Source: Lingula anatina
Taxonomy: Eukaryota; Animalia; Brachiopoda
DNA: 64,000 bases
Direction: 5' to 3'
Assembly (NCBI GenBank): GCA_051362555.1
Contig: CM120646.1
Span: 22,010,001 to 22,074,000, forward strand
In this document: in pieces, positions 12,003 through 36,913 of the stretch
Numbering within the stretch: the first letter of the stretch is position 1
Layout of the letters: each line of letters starts with the position of its first letter
Made by a program: the position numbers and the translations under genes
Notes under the pieces: model-generated
The model's input: the letters and a program-made list of their open reading frames with translations, nothing else
Told to the model about the DNA's origin: nothing
Database searches by the model: none

Positions 12003-13708
12003 GTCACCGAGGATTTCATACTGAATGTAACAATATACATACGATATATAGTGATAATTCTTCAAATGTGCGAACATAGCCAGTTTTCTTCTGTTTCACT
12101 TCCCCCAGACATAACCATAAACTTAAACGATATGTACAATTAAATATGTTATTCATACACCCTAAATGAAGTAAGAATTGGGATTTACATAAAGTTTTAA
12201 ATATTGGTGGAACTAGTGGACAGCACACCCCGGCGAGTAGTATATGTAGGCATTTTGTGTACACGTGAGGGTTACACCCGCTATTGATATCAATAAGTGT
12301 ATTTAAGTCGTATTAGAGAAGAGTGAGTGGATTAGAACTTTCCATGGGGAAAACCACAGGAAGTGTGCACTACAGTCGCGTTCGTTCTTTCTTTTGCATA
12401 TATAGCGATTAATAATTTTGTATCTACAAATATATCAACTGTGTATTAAAGAACATCTGATGTTTGAAACGCAACCCATGCTTTTATAAGGCGTACACAA
12501 TCACTCGAGCAGCTGTGTCTTACAGGTACGTGGATTGATTACCCCGTGTTTTCTATGATGAGATATGTGGCAAACTGTACGAAATGAACGGAAGGAAACC
12601 AATATGAAATAAGCATCAGTCCAATACGACGATGAATAATGTTTATGATTTGGCGTACAACAAATAATATTAGAAGCAAATTGGGTGAATCAAATCACAT
12701 GTGATATGATCTAATGGTAATCATTAGCGGAATTAACTATGCCGACTGAAATAAATTTTCACATAATGAGTAGTATAAAAAATATCTTCATTCGAAATTG
12801 CGCTTCGTAAGTCATTCCATTGAGGGTGGCTAAATAGTTGCATTTGACAGGGACCACCGCATGCTTATGTAATGTCTTTGAATGAGCAATGAAGTGAAGT
12901 TGCCGGAAAGAAGCGCAATCTCGATCAAAATGTTTATGTATTACAAAATACTAGTTACTCTCCAATATGTCCAGAAGTTTAACAATGTGCATTAACATAA
13001 ATAATAATATTGTGAAGTCCATGTGTCAAGGCGACCGATCATTGTGTTAGTTGTCACAGACTACAACGACCACAACTAACACAGCGCAGTATATCCCATC
13101 AGTCTCACTGCCTGGTACATATTCGCTCTTTTATTTTACTCGGCACGATTTACAATTCAGGTTAAGACAACAATGGCTTCCTACAGTTCATGGTCCTTAA
13201 AAAAGAAATTCATACAATTTTATTTTTGGACATTTCAGCATGTGAAATGTACCTCTATATTGGTTTTGGGTGTACAACGACCACAACTAACACAGCAGAG
13301 TATATCCTATCCGGTACTAATTGGCACTTTTATTTTACTCGGCACATTTAAAGTTAAGGCAAACAGTGTCCTGCTACAGTTTATGGTCGTACAGTCGTAT
13401 TCCTTCTTAACAGGTTTTTGCCGTTTATGCATCAACTATTTAATAATATTCGTCAGTATAAATAGTATGATGTAATGAGTCTGTAAAACCTGGAGTTTTC
13501 GCGAGTGTTATTGAAATAGAAAATCCAGGAAGTGTGCCGTAAGTATCACACCAAGTCCACCGTTGCCGTGGTTGGCCACAGGAGAGAAGTGAAGAAATAT
13601 GTGTGCCGTTTAGACAATCAAAGCAAGGGTCTCGTCTCTCTCTATTGGTTTGATGGACGAGCCAAAAATGGATTGGGAATAAAATCACTTGACATTCATT
13701 GGTGTGCT

Positions 13709-14246
13709 TCATGGAGTACCTGTCAAACGGAGATCTACTGACATATTTACGGAACGATCGCTCACAAAACAAAACACTTAACGGTAACGTAGATGGCGAT
13801 AGTTTGTCTTTGACATCACATGAACGCACGCTTTTTCGAAGACAATATCTTCAGATTCCCCACAGAGATCTCAGGCCTACCCAACTACCAGATGCGGCAC
13901 GGAAGGATCCAGATTTCACCGTGGATCGGATCACGCTACCGGTTTTCAAGGTGTGTAGCAGTACGCGCTTCGAAGTATCAGACGCGGCACCCTCGCATCA
14001 TCGCTATCATATCGAGTACCAGGCAAGAAGGTGACGCGTCTGAAACTTCGAAGCGCGCACTGATACACACCTTGAAAACCAGTCAGTTCTCCGGTGAATT
14101 CTGGAACCTACTGTGCCGCATCTGGTAGTTGTGTAGGCCTGGATCTCGCTGCCAGGAATATTTTGGTGGTTGAAGACAAGATGTGCAAGATTTTGGACTT
14201 GGGCTTTGCTAAGGACGTGATTGAAAGCCACCAGCATAAAAGAAGG
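13709..14246 (+). pseudogene. Tyrosine kinase relic (fragments of two kinase exons paralogous to gene B), interrupted by a MITE
   Basis: MEYLSNGDLLTYLRNDRSQNKTLNGNVDGDSLSLTS matches gene B MEYLSKGDLQTFLRNDRSINKTIYGNLHGNSLSLTS; caatatcttcag|IPHRDL [insert] [32 protein letters not shown] matches exon 29159-29281. DFG is changed to DLG, most of the intervening intron is deleted, and other kinase exons were not found. Confidence 0.9.
13872..14141. mobile_element. Fold-back MITE inserted in the HRDL codons of the kinase relic
   Basis: Ends CAGGCCTACCCAACTACCAGATGCGGCAC / GTGCCGCATCTGGTAGTTGTGTAGGCCTG; internal arms are also inverted repeats; GATCT is duplicated on both sides. Confidence 0.9.
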
Positions 14247-14329
14247 TTACATGAACTAAGGAATTTGATACTTTAAAAGTATTTTAAATATTTAAAACTT
14301 TCTGTTCATAAAACGTCATATTCTATGAT

Positions 14330-15808
14330 AGGCCACGGTCACAACCTGAAGTACGAGTTTGAGGAGAGTAGGTCCCCTGCGAATTTGGGTGCAGCGAAGG
14401 TCGTTCGTGGATGTCGCAAAGGTACAGGAAATGTTGGAAAGACTTCGTCAGAACGGCGCGAGAAAGGCGGCAGTCTGCCTTGCTAGTCGCAAGGGCCATG
14501 TAAGATTTCCTTTCAAGCAGGGACGCTAAGTGCAATTGCCGTGGAAATCGTACACACATTGAGTTTGCCTTGCTCCCTTCGTACTTGGTACATGTACATA
14601 CTCACCACATATGATGAGAAGGAAGGCACGACGAAACTAATTCAAACTTACGACATTTTTGTGTCACACTTGACTCCCACGCTTGCGATGCATCCTCCCC
14701 TTGTTTCTTCTTTCTCCTCTCTTCTTTTCTGATCTCTAAGCTTCTTTCTCTTGTGTTTTGGAGGCTTATTGAAAACTAATTAAGCAAAATTTGAACTTTT
14801 GGACATTGGCTGAATGTTATTCGTCGCACAATCGGTGTTCACTGGCGATGTGGGGGTGACTAAAGCCTCGGTCACCACCGGCTGTACTGGCTCTTACACT
14901 GTAAAAACAGTGTTTAGCACATTTCTAAGCGCCTGTTTTGTCTCATTTTTTCGACGCGTTTAGCTCCTAAGCACGTTAAGGTCCTTAACATGTTATACGC
15001 TTTGACGCGTTTGACGCCTTTTAAATGTACAGGGTACTTATGCAATTTCGAGTTCGCAGACAGCCCGTAAGCACGAACGGAGGATGTTGGACAAATCCAA
15101 AAGATTCTACGAATAGCCTGCGAACAGCGAGGTCGCAAGCGTAACTTGCTCCCCTCGCAGAGAGTTAGCAAGAGAGACGCGCGTTGTGCAAGACGCACGC
15201 CGCAAGCAACGAAGGAGCAAGAGCCCTTTGCGTGTTGAGTAAGGCGCACGCCCTCACAACTAACGAACAAAGTCGAGATCACACCGGGAATGCGTCGCAC
15301 GTGCGTCACCCGCACGCCTGGTGTATAAAAGACGTGCTCACGACGCACGCTCGTGTCTTTACAATGAATCTGAATCGACGGTGTAATGTGTACAACAATT
15401 TTCAAAATTTTAAATTTTTTGCTCAATTTTGTTTCTATTATGCCTCCAAAAGGCAAGAGAAAGTAGCTTACATAGTAGAAAAAAGGTAGGAGGAAGAAGA
15501 AAGAAGAGGAGAACAGGAAGCAAAACTGACGTACGCAGTCAGCACGTGACCACAAACGTGTGAGATTGCATTCCCTTCGTAAGTGGTGAGTGTGTGCCAC
15601 GTACACAGGAAGCAAGACAAACTCAAGAAATGAGTACAATTTCCACGGCCATCGATCCTTGCAATTAGCGTCTCTGCTTGAAAGGACATCTCATGTGGCC
15701 CTTGCGACTCGCAAGGCAGACTTTCCTCTACATCTACGACCTCCACGGCCTCCGCAACACTCAAAAATCGCAGGGGGCGTACGATCCTGAAATTGTGACC
15801 GAGGCTTA
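14330..15808. mobile_element. Two adjacent, oppositely oriented R1 fragments (about 14330-14800 plus; about 14862-15808 minus)
   Basis: Terminal motif A(A/G)GCC(T/A)CGGTCACA at 14330 and 14863 and inverted at about 15795-15808; bodies match 322-810 and 52737-53349. Confidence 0.75.
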
Positions 15809-16623
15809 ATATGTGAGGCACTTCATAAGTTGTGAGGATGTGCACCGGACTCAATATGCAAGGGGCACTTGTTCCTTCATTGCTTGAGCCGTGAGTCTTA
15901 CCTGGCGATTTTTTTCCCATGGTACCCAAACTTTGATCAAGTACAAAAATAGCAAGCATTATAGAAATTGCAGGTATCTCTTTTTCATAAGAAAAAAAAT
16001 CTGAAAATAAAATGTAAAATACTAAGATATAAAAAGGCACCAGTCTTCCTAAGGATTATCTATGTTGGCATGGCATGTCTTGGACAGTTACTCGGAAACC
16101 ACTAGCTTGCCGTCTAAAGAAGAGTGAAGCATACCAAGAGAGGCAATGTGAGAGTGGGACAACACCTTGCAAACTCGGGGGCAGTCTTCTACTTAATGGT
16201 TAAAGTAAGCCTAAATCCATTCTCCAAGCAGTTGAAAGCCTGGTGTAAGAGGGACTTTGCAGGTTGGAAAATTAAAGACACAACAAAGGAAATAAATGTT
16301 AGTATGGTCCAACAAGTTTGAAAAAATGAAACTAGACTAATTTCATACATTATATTACATGGCAAGTCTAATATCATAAGCGGAAAACTTCTGATAAATA
16401 TCTAGCGAGTTGACCACATGGTACAATAAGCAGTAAAATTTATAATTTATTTTCCAAGGGGCCTTGATTACCATCACGGAAAACACACCTTAAATGCTCA
16501 CAAATATAATAATCGACAATATATATCGGGTTCTTGGAAATATGTTTTAATTAAATCCCATTCCACAATCCTCTGCCTCTATGCTTCGAAACCCATGCCA
16601 AATAATATCATGTGCTGATCTAA

Positions 16624-16907
16624 CCCGCACGAAAACGCAGTAGATACTCCAGCGCAGTAGACTACTGCAATCATACTGCAAACATGCTTCAAATCTGCTT
16701 CGATTTGGGAGCTAATTAGCATACTTGAAACATGCTTCTATCATGCTGCTAATCTACTGCATTAATGCTCCTCTCTGTACAAACCTATGTACTTTTTGGA
16801 GTAGAATTGCAGTAGGCTATGCTGCATTTTTACTGCGAATATGCTCCAGACCACTACTGCGTTAATGCTTCTTTGCTATTTCGATACTACTGCATTTTCG
16901 TGCTGGG
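16624..16907 (+). mobile_element. MITE family R3 copy
   Basis: About 285 bp, TIR CCCGCACGAAAA; four copies in the window. Confidence 0.88.
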
Positions 16908-17274
16908 AAGTGCTATTTTTATACCACGGTTTAAGAATGCGTCAGTATTTATCAGTGAGGTCAGGTCAATATACGCAATAACAGCCAGGATGAGGAAGTA
17001 GGTGACATCATTTCTAAAGCTCAAATAGTTAACAATGGGAGGTATGGGAAATTTGCAAATGATACAACAGTAGTGCATTTGTCATTGGCAAGCATATTCT
17101 TGGCCAGGACAACAAACCAGTAAGACTTACTTTCTACCCCATGTCATGTTTTAAACAGGTGAGGTTTGTACATAGATTAGAAAAAAACTCGATTAAAACG
17201 TAGTAGTATTATTATTAAACGGTATATAAATTAACAAATGCACTCGCACCTGTACTTGCTCAGTAAACATTATG

Positions 17275-17520
17275 CTCGCGTACTGCTCCGTGGAGGAAGA
17301 TTTGGAGTATATAAGAAATAAGCAATGTTCGCGTACTGCTCCACGGAGGTAGATTTGCTCGCGTACTGCTTCGTGGAGGTAGATTTGGTGTATACAAGAA
17401 AAAAAAGCAATGCTCGCGTACTGCTCCACGGAGGTAGTTTTGGAGTATATAAGAAAATGTTCTACAGCAACAGTACTCCACGGAGGTAGTTTTGCGGTAT
17501 ATTAGAAAAAGGGAATGCTT
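17275..17520. repeat. Minisatellite
   Basis: CTCGCGTACTGCTCCACGGAGGTAG repeated about five times. Confidence 0.8.
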
Positions 17521-18075
17521 GTGCATTTCTCATAAAGGGAAGTTTTGAGGTATATAAAAAGGAACATGCAAAGGAAACGTTTCCTACAGGCAGTATATAG
17601 TAAATTCAACACACACTATTATATTAATAATCAGCAGATACCGGTAGCTTCATTTTATTCATACGGTCTACACATCAAGAAAAAGACGGATAGAAATGTG
17701 TTTTGTCGTTTAATTATTAATTACAAAATGTCCATACAAAATTTCAGTGTTTTCTCAAAAATCCGTTTTCTTCTGACAAATATTGAATCTGCTTGTCCTC
17801 ACGTGTGATCTGGTTTGGGGTCCTAAAAAACAAATAAGACAAGATAAATACAAATTACGCTGGAGATGAGAAATTCCAGTTGGACTGGTTTACGTTGCAG
17901 TATACTATTGTGTTAAACCAAGCCTTAGTAATGTATATGCGTTATGTAACAGGTTTATAAGAATCTGTCGAGGCGGATTTTGTAATGAATTTAGAGGAAT
18001 TTATTTCATTGAAATGTGGATCCAAGATTACTGTGTATCGAGGAGAAATAAATAATCAACTGTCAGTCCCTGGAG

Positions 18076-18156
18076 TATAAAAGCAAACGTTTGGTATCTC
18101 AGGATCAGAGTCCATCAGTGAAGATGACTTTCTATTATGCTTTCTGTTTTGAGCAG
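18076..18156 (+). promoter_or_regulatory. Candidate TATA box and first exon of gene B
   Basis: TATAAAA at 18076, Inr-like TCAG about 30-40 nt downstream, strong donor GAGCAG|gtaagg at 18156. The ATG at 18124 would splice in frame to the exon starting at 18771. Confidence 0.4.
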
Positions 18157-18451
18157 GTAAGGTTTTTGTCCATTAGTATCAACTTGAATCTTAAAAACGT
18201 AGTACTCCAGTTTACATCAACATTATACCGATGTTATCTGCAGACTTACAAATACAATCACAGCGGTATTTGTTGACATAAATATGAAGATATGATGTTT
18301 ACATTCGACTGGCTATCGATCATATTTTTATTGCGAAGCCTTAATAGTATGTATGTACACATTTATAAAGCAGACAGCATATATTCCCTTTAGTCTGATA
18401 TCAGCACATAATTCGCGATGATCAAACCGCTTTCATAACTTTCAATAATAC

Positions 18452-18499
<48 letters not shown>

Positions 18500-18521
18500 C
18501 GTAATGTTATGCAGTGGTACC

Positions 18522-18598
<77 letters not shown>

Positions 18599-18776
18599 CG
18601 TTATGTTATGCAGTGGTTTAAATTTTCAGTACGATGTAATTTGTTAAATATTATGATATGACATTCCCTTTTTATCATTATGGTATATATGTAGGACCAA
18701 CCTTACTTCTATAGAAAACGGTAGTATATTGTTTACAGTATTGGTGACCACCACCATCTTTTTGTTGCAGAATAAC

Positions 18777-30358
<11,582 letters not shown>

Positions 30359-30876
30359 ATACAGACATGTCCACTTAGCGACAACGAACAGAGGAAATAG
30401 TTTTATCATTACATTAAACTTGCATTTGTTTTTGTCATCACTGTAGCAGAATACATGGCAAAATGCTGAGAAATAGTTTTTGCTTTTCATATCGAGTATT
30501 GCACTTTATATTTAAAACAGTCTTACAATTGCCATGTCCCAAAGGTTAGAACTGCTAGATCTGCAAAGACTTTGAGCCCTTGTGTCCCAGAAGTTTTAAT
30601 GTACAAACCATTTTTAAGAAACTGATTAATATAATTTTTTAATAATATAATTCTTATAAGTTATTCGATTGTTTTAAAGACACTGATTGATTTAATATTT
30701 CATTGTTAATTAAGTTCCCTTATGGTACTGAACTATTAAAAAAAGCAGTTCAGATTTAACATTTTAATCAGTGAATATTCCTTGTGTGCTTAATGTGATA
30801 ATGTGCTTACACTAGCTGTTTTAATCACTCTTTAAAACTTACATGCAAAATCCAACTTTTAGTTGCAAGAATAAGC

Positions 30877-30918
<42 letters not shown>

Positions 30919-31530
30919 TAATAATACACATCTGCTCCAGTACACACTGAGATGTTACAGCATGCTATTGCATTACAGAGCTCTTGAAAGTTTTTTATAT
31001 CTTCACTTCGTGTTTTCAAACTGATTGCTTATTAAAAATACCAGAGTAATTGAAGATGGAATATATTTTTATTGATTTGCTCTTTTCATTACAACATACC
31101 ATTATAATTGCACAGGCACCACTGACAAGGGCTTGCTTTTAAAAACCAGACCATGGTGACTTATGTAGCACATCTTATCGTTTAACATTCCCATACCTAG
31201 ATCGATCTATCACGATTGATCCATCTCCGAGAGGTTTCTCGAGATACTGCATTCAGCTTAAGTGGCTCTGATGTCCGGCTTGTCTACTGAAGCTGTTAGA
31301 GGACACTAAACTAACTGCTAGAGAGAGTAAGACGCTGCATATTCGCATAAGCGAATGATAATAATTTTTAATGATTAATGATAATTTAAGATAATGATAA
31401 TATTCATCAACTTCATAAACCACGTCACACGTGTGTCTCACGTACGTGAGAATTAAATCTACACAGATGAAACAACGCGAATTAAGACGCTGCTCTCTAA
31501 GCAAGCAAAACAATCATTTCTAAAAAGGGT

Positions 31531-32110
31531 GATAGTCCCTATAGTGTGTAAGTGTTATATGTGCACTAAACCCAGTTCATCAGTATTCGTAAACGTTGAA
31601 GTAGGGCAGCTTTATCTTTGACGTAAATGTGTGATACGGTGTTGTGCTTGAGCTAGATTCTACACGTATGTAAGTGGTGAGTAAAATACTTGGTCATGTC
31701 TAAATATTTCCACTTCTGAGTAAAGCCTGGGTCACACTGCAATTGCAACCTTTTAGCAACCTCCGCTGAAAGGTTTTAAAGTGGTCACGCGAGGTTGCTA
31801 ACAGGTTGCCAGCGATCATTGACACATGAAAGCCAATATTTGTGCACCGGCTACCCGTGCGACTGAAAAATAAAAGAAGAAAAATATCGATATCCAAAAG
31901 CTTGCTTATCGTTCTATTCTTGGTTGCCAGTATGTCTCTATAACCCGACTATAACCAGCCGCATGCAACTTCATGATTGATTGACAGTATTTAGTCGCTT
32001 GGTCGCTTATAAGTTCCCTACCAGTCGCAAGCAGTTGGCAGCAGGTAGCTAGAAAGTTGCAGTGGTAAGTGCATGGTCGATTGACGTTGTTTTAAGTCGT
32101 CTGGTTGCTA
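31531..32110 (+). repeat. Dispersed duplication shared with 52036-52486 (flank plus left part of an AAGCCTGGGTCACACTGC-type TIR element)
   Basis: Colinear similarity from GTGCACTAAACCCAGTT through GGTCGATTGACG. Confidence 0.8.
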
Positions 32111-32145
32111 ATAAGTCTGAAACCGACCACAAACATTAAATAACG

Positions 32146-32420
32146 CCTGCAAGAAAACGCAGTAGATACTCCAGCGCAGTAGACAATCATACTGCAAACA
32201 TGCTTCAAATCTGCTTCGATTGGGGAGCTAATTAGCATATTTGAAACATGCTTCTATCATGCTGCTAATCTACTGCATTAATGCTCCTCTCTGTACAAAC
32301 CTATGTACTTTTTGGAGTAGAATTGCAGTAGGCCATGCTGCATTTCTACTGCAAATATGCTCCACACCACTACTGCGTTAATGCTTTTTTGATACTTCGA
32401 TACTACTGCATTTTCATACG
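32146..32420 (+). mobile_element. MITE family R3 copy
   Basis: Same body (GCAGTAGATACTCCAGCGCAGTAGAC...), degenerate ends. Confidence 0.85.
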
Positions 32421-34714
32421 TACGAGTTGCTGGAAGGTTATTATTATTGTCATTATTATTTTTATTATTTTTTATTTTTAGAATTTTATTTGCAGATTCA
32501 TGGTCCACCACCCAGTTTGTTTGTTTTTTGTTTTTTATTAATTTTTATTAATTATATGATTTATTAGATAAGTTCATTTATTTATTGTATATTATATCGA
32601 ATGTTATTACACTTTCTGACACAGAGAGATGTGACATTCTGGCACGATGCCTATCAATGAAGGAAAAAAGCAAATTTTGTTGAGATCTTATTTATTTTGC
32701 ACAGTGACTATTGATATTTGTGTCTGAGAATATAGAAATAGTAGTTGTTTGTATTTTTTTTGTCAATATAAAAGGCTTTTGAGGTGACTTGTGGTTACTG
32801 TTATATTATTTTAGAGACTGTGTTAAGCAAGAATTTGGGACACAGGGAATGGTGACTTTTTATGTGTCAATATGACTAGTGCTTTTGCACCTGTTTTTAG
32901 TTACAAAATGGGGCCAACTTTCTGACCGCACTTTTCCATAAACAACAAAAATAATTAATTCAGAGAAATAATATGAAAACTTGTTCAGAATTTATTTCAA
33001 AGTGAGAAGACAATTAACTCGTTTTCTTTCTTTTGATTGGTGTCAGTCCTGCCCAACTACCAGGCGCGGGATCCCCCAACATTTCACATTATAGTATCAG
33101 ATTTCAATTCTGTACTGATTCTATCCTTCTTCAGTCCAAATTAGTGTTAAAAAGTCAACCAGGTCAGTAGGCAGGGGAGAATTGAAGGGGGGGTGAGAGA
33201 AAGACTTCCTTTTGGCTGGAAAAGGCTTACTCTTTATCAAAATATGATCTGGTTTATACGTCACTGTTTGGTTAACTAAAAGAGTAAATTATTTTTGAAA
33301 AAAAGAACTCCCTTTGAAATTGTTGTCATCAGAGGCCCCCAGCTGGCCATAGCAAGGAGGACGTGTACACATATCATACATTGCGCTGTATTCAGCTCAG
33401 TTACCAAGAACAGCTGATAAATGATACACTGATAAATTGTTGTACCTATGACGGATAATGGGGATATATTAGTTAATATAGCCACGTCATAGTGATTCAT
33501 TGCAGAGTTTTGGGACAGACCAGGTAGACATGTGATTTTTGTTTGTAGTATACGAAAAATATCAGGGAAATATTTGTGAAATACTTTTTGGATAGGTTTT
33601 GCATTAGTATTTAGAAAGACTTTCCCCAAGTATAATTTTTTAAAATTAAAATTTACATTGTAATTACTTTAATTGCTTAGCATGCATCCACGTTTTAATT
33701 CATTCATATTTCTTAAAAAAATAAATGAAATAATGCAGTCCAGTAGCCAATTGATCCATATTTCATGGTTCAGTTTATACGAGTGCTAGCAACTGATATA
33801 TCAGGTTTTGTAATGTACCTGTACATTTGAGAATTTAGGTATCTTTTCTTGAACAGCTACAGAATGACGAAAATGGAGAATTGGCTATGCAGTACACTAT
33901 GAACTAGTCTTATACGTAGATGTAAGCAGAGTAATCTGCCTCAGGACTGTTGTTCAGAAACCTGGAAGAACAAATATGAGAACTGGATGGAGGGGTGATT
34001 GGGGGGGGGGGGGGGGAGGGGGGCGGATCAGCCAAAAAGGCCATTAAAACTGAACTGGGCAAATCACAGCACAGAAATACGTTAACAACTAAGAGAGAAA
34101 AAAGTCTCAGTATAATTCTTAACCATGCACTTAATGTAAGCAAAGTGAGTTCAACACCAGCCACTTTTCAAGACTATGGTCAAACTATAAAAAACATCAA
34201 CAACAACCAAAAAAAATATATAACAGAATATGATACATCAGGTGACAATATATATAATAAACATCAATATTATTCGTCATACAATAATGTAGTAATAGTA
34301 AAACTAATTTAAAAATGTTTTTATGGAAGTGTTTTGGTTCATATCCTCAGTGCCGCCTTTGTTCTTTGTTAGTCATATTGAACTGCTTAAAATTTCAACA
34401 CGAAAAGAGGTGACACCATACAGACATAAACTTGGGTTGTGACATGCACATCTTGATTAATCTCCCAGATCGACCCGAGTGTTTACATTTTGGGAAGGAT
34501 TAAGTTACCCCTTCACCTTTTTAACCTTCCTGGTTCAATACAAACACTTGGCTGCAGATGAAAATCCAGGTCAAGGTCCACTTGTAAGTAATGGGGCCAT
34601 GGAACAGATAATCAGTGATTGTATTCTATCAACCATGTCACTGGGAACTGGACAATACAATTCAGGCCCTGCATGTGTATTTCTGTGATAGTGTTGACGA
34701 ATGTCCGCATTGTT

Positions 34715-35210
34715 GCTATCCAAACACTGATAAGGTTGCAATGGTACAAAGTTAAATTTTCTGCACTTAGAAGAGAACGCTGCTGATAGATTAGTGACAC
34801 TGTCTGCCAAAAGTTGTCTCGGTTTGAACATTTGCCCTCAGGCAGGTGACTTAATCTTTTTTCAATTTGATGGATTATATGCACTTTCCTACTTCAGATT
34901 GCAGAAAGGTCACCAAAATATTCTACAGTGAAGTTTGTTATGTGGTTGTATTTCGGTTTATAAACTTGTAAAATCATCAGTTGCCATCTAAACACTGATA
35001 AGATTGCAATAACACATAGTTGCATTTTCTGCACTTAGAAGAGAACGCTGCTGATAGATTAGTGCTACTGTCTGCCAATAGGTGTCTCCCCTAATTTGGT
35101 GTTTGGAAATCTGCCCATAGCTAGGTGTCTTAATCTATATTCAGTTCTATGGACGATATCTTTATGGGTTATATTTCATATTGCAGACAGGTCACCAAAG
35201 TATTCTACAG
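34715..35210. repeat. Tandem duplication, period about 268 bp
   Basis: TTTTCTGCACTTAGAAGAGAACGCTGCTGATAGATTAGTG occurs twice with colinear flanks. Confidence 0.8.
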
Positions 35211-36913
35211 GTAATTTGCAAAACCTTTATCAGGCACTGTGAAAAATATACTTGAAGTTGTGTACACAAATGCGTTGCTGTATTAAAATATTTCATTACT
35301 CATTCGTTACTGATTATGAAAACTGCAAGCCAGCGTGCCACGAAAAGGAAAATATCTGCATGATAACAGAAAAGCAAGATTTATCACTTTCTATCACCAG
35401 AGTTTTAGAGAAATATAATTTGCGAATATATCTTCAAGTCCATTTTTCATTTTTCTGTTTACTTCAATTAGACCTAAGCATTGCGGATTTCTGTTTATAT
35501 TAGTAGAGATGGTCGTAATTAAATGCTAGTCAAAGAACTGAATAGGGCGAAAAATGGCCTCAAGTAAGAATGGTAAATGGATACGGGCTGTTATCAACAG
35601 TTTGAAAACTAGTCTTACGGGTAGATAGTGACAGTTCAGTTTAATAGGTGAGCATGCTGGCTCTCTCCCTGTGTCTTTTTGTGACGTCACCCGATCACGT
35701 GACCTAGATATGTCGCTTCATGTTTGAATATTGAAGTGGGGTGTTTTTTAAACGCACTTTTTTCTACTTATTGATTGTTCATATAGTATATTTAAGGTGG
35801 TTACCGATTTTAATATATCTCTGTTGTAGAGATTGAGTGCAGATTCCCTAAAATTAAAAAAATTACAAAGTTTACTCTGTCTGAAACCTTTTAACTTTGT
35901 TCGTTATATATTCATGTGATGTTTTCTTAATTCCATTTATCTTCATATTTTCATTTTCTGAATATTGTTCAATTCTGTTGGCACGAGAGCTTCTACGAAG
36001 AGAGTCCTGCAATCATGTATTATTTTTTGTGGCCCTTTACCTCTTTGTCTCCTTGTGACCTGCTTTCCTCAAACTGTAGACCTCAATTCCCGCCAGCATT
36101 TCGTGTATCATGTTTTATGTCTTCTTGTTCAGTAAGTATCTGCACACAATTTTCGATTTTGATCACTTTTGCTCGACAACTCGTTTAAAATGTTCATTTA
36201 TGTCTTTGCGATGGAGAACTGTATTTTTTCCACTTTCTCCAAGACCTTTTGATATGGCAGTCATGATTATTGTACCATCAGCGTAGGCTCCACTGCCACG
36301 TCACCGCTTGTGCCTCTCCTTGTACTCGGTAGACTACAAGTGCCTGTGTACCCATCTCTTGTATTTAGGTCTAGGTGTTGCATCCACAGCAATGCACCCT
36401 TGTCCAAATTTCGGAAGATTAAAATGCTAAATATCTTTCAAACCGAAGGAATTATGGGAAAGGTTACTCTATAAGTTTGTATGACCAAAGGTCATATGTG
36501 GGGATTTCAAATGTGTCCTTGGATTTGACCTTTGATCATTTACGTTATGAATAATGATGTGACGTTGAATTGGACCTCTGACCTACTTCTCACCGTGAAA
36601 CTTGCTTTGCGGAAATTGCATTTCTTATATCTCCAAAACTAGCAGAGATATACCAGTAGTTACTATTGAACTTGGGCAGGAGGTCGAAGACTGACAATGT
36701 TAATTTGACCTTGCACTTATCCTTCGACCTTTTTTTTTTTGGTTACGTCTTGTATATTTTACTACCATTTCTTTGCTGTGTTTACGAAAACTTTCAAATA
36801 TTCTTTAATTTAAACATGAAGTTTTTATTATATATACTTTCATTGATATTATTTTCTTTATTATTGTTCAGGTTATATTATTGGAGCCGCCACACAGGTA
36901 AAAACTGAAGAAA

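Noticed and set aside
17275-17520. Repeat-spacer-like pattern resembling CRISPR
   Set aside because: Spacers are similar to each other and irregular in length, there are no cas genes, and the context is eukaryotic; it is a minisatellite.
17868-17877. NF-kB-like site GAGAAATTCC upstream of gene B
   Set aside because: Imperfect match to the consensus and expected by chance in AT-rich DNA.
34479-35210. Possible minus-strand coding exons with a CxxC motif in the 268-bp duplication
   Set aside because: No consistent open frame or recognisable domain; probably a decayed transposon interior.
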